Shown here: positions 56,539 to 64,000 of the stretch, piece after piece | Position numbering within the stretch: the stretch's first letter is position 1 | Layout of the letters: every line of letters starts with the position of its first letter | Assembly: GCF_000181795.1 (NCBI RefSeq) | Contig: NW_003526941.1 | Span: 8,130,488-8,194,487 of the forward strand | DNA length: 64,000 bases | Source: Trichinella spiralis | Lineage: Eukaryota | Direction: 5' to 3' | Made by a program: the position numbers and the translations under genes | Notes under the pieces: model-generated | What the model saw: the letters and a program-made list of their open reading frames with translations, nothing else | Database searches by the model: none | What the model was told of the DNA's origin: nothing

Positions 56539-58673
56539 CTACTGCTTTTGACACGTGTGCAGCAGTTGCAACATTTCCATCAAATCTTGCAAATGGGTAT
56601 TACCACCGAATTTTTCAATATCACTCAAAATTCTGAAAGAAAAAAAAGAGAAGAAGACAATTGTTTTTTCTTCATACAATATTTTCGTAAAACGAAAACA
56701 TATTTGGGTATGAAGAATTCGAATCGAATAAACAAACCAAACGCTCAATTATGCTAAAATATCTCAAAACACCGAACAGAATGCGCATCAAATTTTTACA
56801 GTCCAAAAGACAACCAAATATACACTACATTAGAGTACTGTAAATTTAAAAAAATGATTTATCTAAACAGTCAGATTGTAAAAAAACAAAACAAAACCAC
56901 AGAAATTTTTCGAAATTTATGAAAAATTTTTATGCAAATCATTCAAATAAAAAAAAACCAAATGACAATTTTTAAAATATGAAGCGGGAAAATTTGACCT
57001 AGTTTTGTAAAAACAAAAAAAGATTGTCAAGGTTAATGGAATATATATAAACAAAATTATCAACAGATACCATAGTAAAAAAAACTTTCTTTTAATACTA
57101 TTTAAGTATTGTATTTTTACTTATTTTTTCTGATTGCTCAACTGTTCAATAATACCACAGAAATTGGCAACTCCTCGTTTCACTTAATTGCACAAAATTA
57201 ATTATTTTCTTCATTCAGAAAAAAAACCTACGATTATACAAATTCACAAGTATAAGTTCACCTATTACACATTTATTATGGTTGTTAATTTTTTTAGGCG
57301 AAAAAGTATACATTTTTTAAAAGTTGAAATTAAATCATAAATCACAAAAACCCACTTATTTGATAATTCATTCAAACGCTGTTTCGTGTAGTTCAAAGAA
57401 CCCAAATTGGACAGTATGTTGATGCAATGCTTTTTCAATTCCACTGAATTCGTGCGTTGACGTAAAATTTCTGCAAATAAAAATTGTAAAATATGCAGAT
57501 AATATTTTTTTTTCATTACTCAAAATTTGATCATTTTCCGGATTGGATTGAAGTGCGTGAATGATTGGAAATGAAAATTTTCCCTCAGTCAAATCTTCGG
57601 CAAAACCTTTCAACTGAAAAAAAAGCAATATCAATAAATATTTCACTATTCATATTTGCTCATTTCATTATCGGTTTTTTTTTATTCACGCTAAAATTTT
57701 CCCTCACTTCACCAGCAACCAAATTCATATAGTCGTCTCGAATTTGAAAATACGTTGCCATATCATTCAACAATTGATTGTAGTCAGTTTTGTTCGTTGA
57801 AAACAACTGCAACATATTGACACCCAAACGGAAAAGACCGCCGGTTTCTGAAATGTAAAAAATAAAAAGAAACATCGCAAATTTAAATTTTACATTAATT
57901 TCGCGGATCACTTTTGATAACCATATCCAAATATTTCGCCTCAGTTGGACAAATGACCGCATCGCGCCAATAAATTTCCATACCTTGGCCACGATGCAAA
58001 TCGAGCAAAGATTCTAATTAAGAAAAAAAAACAAATTACTGATAGCAAGATTGATGAAAGGCGGAATATTGAAATAAATAATATTTGATAAATTGTAATT
58101 CACCTGTAAATACTTTAACCGCGTCCCTGTGACGCAGCTGGACAGTTTTGGATAGTGCAACGAAATAAATGTAATTGGCAGTATTCAATGTAGTCGGAAG
58201 ACCATAAATACGGTGAGTGACGGGCATACCACGCCGCAGTTCTGAACTGTCTTCAATATCGTCAATCCTGAAAAAAATGAAATAAATCCAATCTAATATA
58301 ATACAAATGAACAATTTTACATCAGACTGGCGTTGTGCAACATCTCGACGATTTCACTAATCGCATTCACTATTTCATTATCAACATTAAGCCATAAATT
58401 GAAACCCTGAAAAATAAAACAGAAAATTGTATAATTTTTAAAGTTGCAAAAAACAATAAAACTTACACAAACCAATTTTACGCGTATCTGCTTTCCGGGT
58501 ATGCTGCAGATGTATTTGAATGGAGCGATCAATTCCTTCAAAAAGAAAAGAAGAAAAAAAATTTTTTTTTCTATGTAAAAAATGGAAATGGAAAATTGTT
58601 TTTCTATTCAAACCTCTTCTTCTTTACTAGCCGGTGGTGATAAGGAGAGCAGCATTGAATTGTCTTTGTCCAT
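56539..58673 (-). CDS. GGPS1: Geranylgeranyl pyrophosphate synthase (type III)
   Basis: Exons 58673-58614, 58535-58467, 58406-58321, 58267-58104, 58013-57912, 57847-57708, 57613-57520, 57470-57356, 56632-56539. Motifs [25 protein letters not shown] (FARM), [28 protein letters not shown] (SARM), [18 protein letters not shown]. Confidence 0.96.
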
Positions 58674-58690
58674 TCGCCTTCAAAGCAAAG

Positions 58691-58810
58691 CTGAAATATT
58701 AAAATTTTCCAAATTTCGCAGCAAATAAAATTAAAATAAACATTGTCTTCTGACACGAAATACAAACAAAGATAAGAGACTGCATTCGCAGTTATGAAAT
58801 GAAATTTAAT
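58691..58810 (-). promoter_or_regulatory. Operon-type intercistronic element: ATTAAA, stem-loop + UAUCUU (Ur-like), TTTCAG trans-splice acceptor
   Basis: Minus strand: ATTAAA at 58810-58805; ACTGC-GAAT-GCAGT hairpin at 58792-58779; TATCTT at 58774-58769 followed by a U-rich tract; TTTCAG ending at 58691, 17 nt before the GGPS1 ATG. Confidence 0.6.
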
Positions 58811-58916
58811 CGAAGAATATTATCCATGAATATACACACATATATATATATGAACGTGATTACTTATCAAAAACAACAACGAAAGAAAAATATGAAAAAA
58901 TAGTAATAATAATGGT

Positions 58917-61900
58917 TCACTTCTGCGAAGTGGAAAGTGCTCTGGGAACAAGACGCAGTCGTGGTGCGCTTCTAGCTACATCCGCAGGTCGAGACGTACC
59001 ACCGCTATATGGATTCTGTGATTTTCTGGCAAATGTGGACGACGATCTATCCTGCCTAGGGGGTGGATTGCTGAATTCCACAGACAAACGTTTGCCGAGA
59101 AAGTGAGCTCCATTTTGCCCAAGTCGTGCTCGTTCAGCGGCTTCTTCGTTGTCAAATTCAACATACGCCAAGCCTTTGCTTCTGCCACTCTTGTGCAAAA
59201 CCAAACGCACACTTCTCAAATCACCATATTGCCTAGATGCAAAAAAAAATATGCATATATGGATGGATAATTATTTGTTCTCATCTCTTACCTGAAAAGA
59301 GTTTCCACCTCGTTTTCGGTGGCAAATGTGGGAATATTTTTTACAAAAAGTTTGTTCTTTTCCAAACCGACCGAATATTGGAATCCAGAATTTGGCTTAT
59401 CCGACTGTTGACCAGTTTCGACATCACCTCGGCAAACCGATACATACATCGGCCGTCCATCAATGCAACGACGGTCCATTTTCAGCGCCTTCTTCACACT
59501 GGCTTCATCTTTGTAATCAACATACGCGTAACCTTTGCTACGGTTCGGTCTGAGCATGATCATTCGCACGTCGACCACTTCACCAGCTTCGGCCATCGTA
59601 TCTTTCAGACGTTCTTTAGACAAAGCGAAATCCAAATTGCTCACGAATACCGTATTCGCATGTTTCGTACTTTTGTCGTTTGTTGTTTCCAACGTCGACT
59701 GTTCGACAACTCTAACAACGATGGATAATAATCGAAACAAGATAAAGTAGATCAAAAAAGGCATTAATTACTCTGCTTGTTTCGCATGGGATTCGGCGGT
59801 TTTTGTCTTCTTCGGAACTGGCGGAATGAGAAATCCGTCCGCATCGACTTGCACAGCATCTTCTCGTCCCACCGCAGTACTGATTTCAACGGTCCCAAGT
59901 GAATCTTTCTTGAAGTGATCTTTCGATGATGCTTTTTCACCAACGCTGACGTACGGCTTCACCGAAACCCCATCCCGTTGCATTGCTGAATTCAACAATT
60001 CTTCTCCTACTTCTTCTTCTTGTTGTTCGGCTCGTTTCTTTGCAGTCTGTTGTTGTTTCTTGCGTTGCAATTTCCCCTGAAATCGATATGCAAATTATTT
60101 CAAAAACAACAAAATTCACAAACCTTGCTCTGAATATCCTTCAGTCGCATCTGATGTCGTTCAATGCGATGCATCGTCGACAGCACGTCGTCCAAAGTTC
60201 CCTTTTCGTTCACGTACTGTAGCCATTCGGCAAACAAAGCCGCATGGTGTTCGGACAGTGAATTTGCCGCCTGCTGATAAATTGAACAGACGTGCTGAAA
60301 ATCGCCGTGCTGCCTCTCCAGCCAAACGTAATCGAGCCACAAAGTGGGATTCGTGCCACCGGCTTCGTGCATTATTTCCTTCCAGAGCAGTCGAGCGGCG
60401 TTCATGTCCTTGCAATCGTCCGCCGCGAACCGAGCCCAACTCTGCCGGTACCAGAAATCCGCATCCCAAGCCCCGTGGAATCGATCTTTCAAAATTTCAG
60501 CACCATCTTCGAATCCCTAACATCAACAAATATTAGGATAACAAATTTCAAAAAAAAAATCAAATGTACAACATTCATTATCAAATAATTTACCAGCATA
60601 TTCAACCTCGATTACCTAAGTACTACTTAAAAACACTTTCCTCAATTCACGCATTTAGTTCAAATTTACTTTTTGCTGGGCACATTTCCAAGTAAAACTG
60701 CAATAAATTAAATAAAAATATTCTCATCTTTAGTAAAAATTCAAACTCATATTAAAAGTCAACCATCACCGGTACATGCAAAAAAAAACATCAATGTGCA
60801 CACAAAACTAGTCTTTGTACTAGTCAATAAAATAAATAAATACCACATTACCACCATCATTACAGTACTTTACCAAAACATTACAAATGTTACAAATGAT
60901 GATCCAATGAAAACGATTTAAAACAAAACTTTCAAATTTATACATTTAGTTTAATAATACAATAAAGCGCTAAACAGATAAGATACGAGTATGATTTGGT
61001 GCAAAAAAAAACAAATACTTGCCTTAATAACTTCAGAATACTGTCCACCTTCTGTTGAGATGAATCTTTTCCGTTGATAAATGTGAGTTAACAATAATTC
61101 TACAGTTTCTAATTGCGAATAGGAAATTTCAAGTGCATCTGTCATGACTTTTGATATAATTGACCAGTCGCATTTGAATCGCTCGCAAGCAAGCAAATAC
61201 ATTTGCCTTATTTTCATCGATCTTGGGCAAGAACGGACAGCTCTTCCATAAACAGGCAACGTAACGTCAGGTAAATTCATATTTCTAAAACAGATGAATA
61301 GAAAAAAAAATCTGAAAAAGCACATAAATTACTCGTTAAGCCAGTTCAAATAGCGCAGCCACAATGTTTCGTCAGTGTAACAGTGAAGAATAGCACGTTC
61401 AAAAAGGACTTGTAAACGTGCGGGAGATTTCTGCTTCATTTCGAAATCTATATAAGCGGAAAATTTCGAAGAACGAGGCCCACTGTACGACTCTAGTTGC
61501 TTTTCAAAACTTTCCAACATTTCCAATTCCTTTAAAGCGCTTCTATAAGCAAACTCTGTCGCTTTATCTACTTCAGCACCGTTCAACAGATCTTTATATT
61601 CCTGAAAAAAAATTATTTTATTTAATCTTTTTCCAAATCGCAACGTTTAAACTGTTCTCTACTTCATATGCTTCACGCAGTCCAATATGGGGAACAGACA
61701 ATTGACGACGAAAAACCGATAAATATTGTGCTTTTTCATCAGATGGAGATGAAGAACTACCATTCGGTTGATGCAGTGGAGTCATTGCCATTTCAAAATC
61801 GCGATACATTTGCCAAATTGTTGACGCTTCAGCGACATTCAATCCCACAGCAGTAATTGCTTGTTCAATACGACTGCGCATCTGTAAAAATAACATTGAA

Positions 61901-62420
61901 AAAATTGAAAGTAAAAAAAATAACCAAAAAAATAAACAAATTCTCAATTTACTTCATCCGGTTGTGATGCAGTGCAATAAAGATTCAAATATTCCATCCA
62001 AAGATGCAATGATGCGGGAAAATCTTTCAACCCCTGTTCAAACATAGACAATATGTCTGCTGTCGGAGTTTCCAATTCCAACTCATCGCCAATCCATTCT
62101 AACCATACATTTGGTAAAAGAACAAAACGACGGCTCATTTCACGACGCGTTTCACGTAGTTCTATTAACTCTCCAGCGCATTTCAATGCTTGCACAAGAT
62201 CGTTGTAAACTGAGAAACTTGTAGGATTATCAATTACCTAAAAAATATAGCAAAAGCAAATTAAATACACTATATAAATGTAAAAAAGAGAGAGAAAAAA
62301 ACAAACCATCTGACGCAAGTTAGTGAGCTGCGCGTCAAGTTCATCATCTAAATGGGAATCAAAATCCATATCGTTAAGTTCTTCTCCAAGTTCTTCCATA
62401 TCTTCAGCGCTTTGATTCAT
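58917..62420 (-). CDS. SART3: SART3/p110/Prp24-like U4/U6 snRNP recycling factor (HAT repeats + 2 RRMs)
   Basis: Exons 62420-62307, 62237-61953, 61881-61663, 61601-61333, 61284-61023, 60516-60124, 60076-59772, 59711-59292, 59232-58917. HAT motifs (WLEWIGDE, HLWMEY, LFERAI, LWLRY, LWLDYVWLE); RRM1 TVFVSNL...SKGYAYVDY; RRM2 KNKLFVKNIP...SKGLAYVEF. Confidence 0.95.
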
Positions 62421-63234
62421 TATTCTATTTGTCTATAATGTAATTCATACTTCAAATGCATTACCATAAAAATATCCATTTACGTTTAAAAATCATTTCC
62501 GAAATAACACATTATGCTTACTGCCTACTAATGACAAACTACTGCATAAAAAACAACATTACATACATTTTCACAAAAAAATTTTAAAATATGGTAATTT
62601 ACGTTTCAGTACATTTACTATTTCCAAAAGTCAGCCAAATCTTAAAAAAACGCCCATAATACAGTACGCTTATTTATAATAGAAGTTTCAGGAAAACAAA
62701 TTCAATCACATGAATATTAAAATTAATACAATTTTATATATTTCATAAATTCCAAGAAAGCTTCAACTTTATCAGTAATAATGTTAAAATGCTTCGCATA
62801 AGCAAATGCAAAATGCTTACAGTATGCTATTTTAAAGTTTGCTCAAAAATGCATTCTTATTTTTTTAATCAAAAGCTGTAACTGCATTATTATTTGTGTC
62901 TATACTTATTTTTTGTACCATGTATAATCGTCATTCATTTTATTTTTTTACTACTTTTAAAATATCAATGATAACAAGTTCGACGTTTTTTAATTAGAAA
63001 AAGTCGAATGTTCACATTTTAAAAATATAGTATATATATTTTTAGTCTTATTTTAATAAAAATTATCTCATTTTATACAAAAAAATATTTATAACTTTAT
63101 TAAACAATGATGAACTATTGTTGTTATTGTATTGTTAGGAATTGCACAAAAATGATTTTCAAGTACATTGTGATTATCCTGAGCCTTACAATTACTATTT
63201 AAACGCAGTTGTGACCTCTGCAGATTATTTTGCA

Positions 63235-64000
63235 GTTAGCATCAGTCGTGTTGTGGCGTGTTCGTTTCTTACCTTACTTGCAGAACGTGCGCTTGTTTTG
63301 GTAAGTTGATGCATCTTTGAAAATGTCTATTTTCATAATTTATAATTTTAAACTTCGAAATAATTTTAAGCTTATATTTTAGCATAAATATTGTATAAAT
63401 GAATTAAATTAATAAAATATAAACTATAAACGTTATTTCTTTTCTTTGTGTCATATTGTTTTGAGTTTCAGAAGTTTATGCAAATTTGGTTAATTATTTC
63501 CTAAACTTAATATGCCTAAATTTCATGTAATGACGGCAAAGTTTTCATATTGATCCATTTCCATTGCGTGTTTGGGTGATTTTTTGCAAAACTTATTAAT
63601 AGTTTCATAGATTTGAAATTCGATTTATAAAATAAGCGCACCAATCGTTATTCTTTTTGTCGAGTTATGCGCATGTGAGTGACATTTTTGTTAGCAAAGC
63701 TGCGTGGAATAATTCACTTGCCACGAAACACCATGGAAAAAGTGCAGTCTTGCATTTTATTTCAAATCAAGCTTAAGTCAAGCGTTTGCAGATTTGCAAA
63801 TAATTTTAAATTTCGAGAAACGATTCAATTCAGGTTTTGTTTAAAGTTCAGCTCAGTTTAAAACAGCTTTTAAACCAATCAGTCGATGATTTTTGTTTTG
63901 CAAAATAGCAATTTACTATCAGTTTATTTTATCGATATATATTTTATTTATTTATATTTTAAGATGATGGTATTCAAGATGGGAAAATCATTTCTTCGAA
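63235..64000 (+). other. Possible 5' end of a divergently transcribed gene (truncated by window)
   Basis: GC-richer block ending TTG|gtaagt at 63300, a second donor gtgagt near 63676, and acceptor ttttaag at 63963 followed by open sequence to the window end. Confidence 0.3.

Noticed and set aside
60750..60870. Possible intronic C/D snoRNA in SART3
   Set aside because: Only an imperfect C box; no CTGA D box or terminal stem.

Overview
AT-rich, microsatellite-rich eukaryotic DNA with short (~50-90 nt) GT-AG introns and TTTCAG-type acceptors. It is most consistent with a clade I nematode such as Trichinella (inference). Seven intron-containing protein-coding genes can be assembled by hand, all on the minus strand. 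In transcription order they are SART3 (62420-58917), GGPS1 (58673-56539), an NR2C/TR2-TR4/nhr-41 nuclear receptor (~50163-42853), AGGF1 (41076-38866), an uncharacterised single-pass membrane protein (38465-33088), a TWK/K2P potassium channel (common exons 25884-24531) and a BCL11 zinc-finger repressor (20009-3264). Highlights: (1) up to five short ATG-initiated phase-0 candidate first exons over 5 kb upstream of the channel's common exon; (2) a 73-nt BCL11 first exon with a variant NuRD motif (MTSRRKQ) 13.2 kb from exon 2; (3) an operon-like SART3-GGPS1 spacer with a poly(A) signal, stem-loop + UAYYUU (Ur-like) element and TTTCAG; (4) a long GC-AG intron with a candidate poison exon in SART3; (5) an unknown TM/coiled-coil/FFAT-like protein. 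No rRNA, tRNA, CRISPR or recognisable transposon was seen. Exon boundaries were read by eye and need RNA-seq confirmation.
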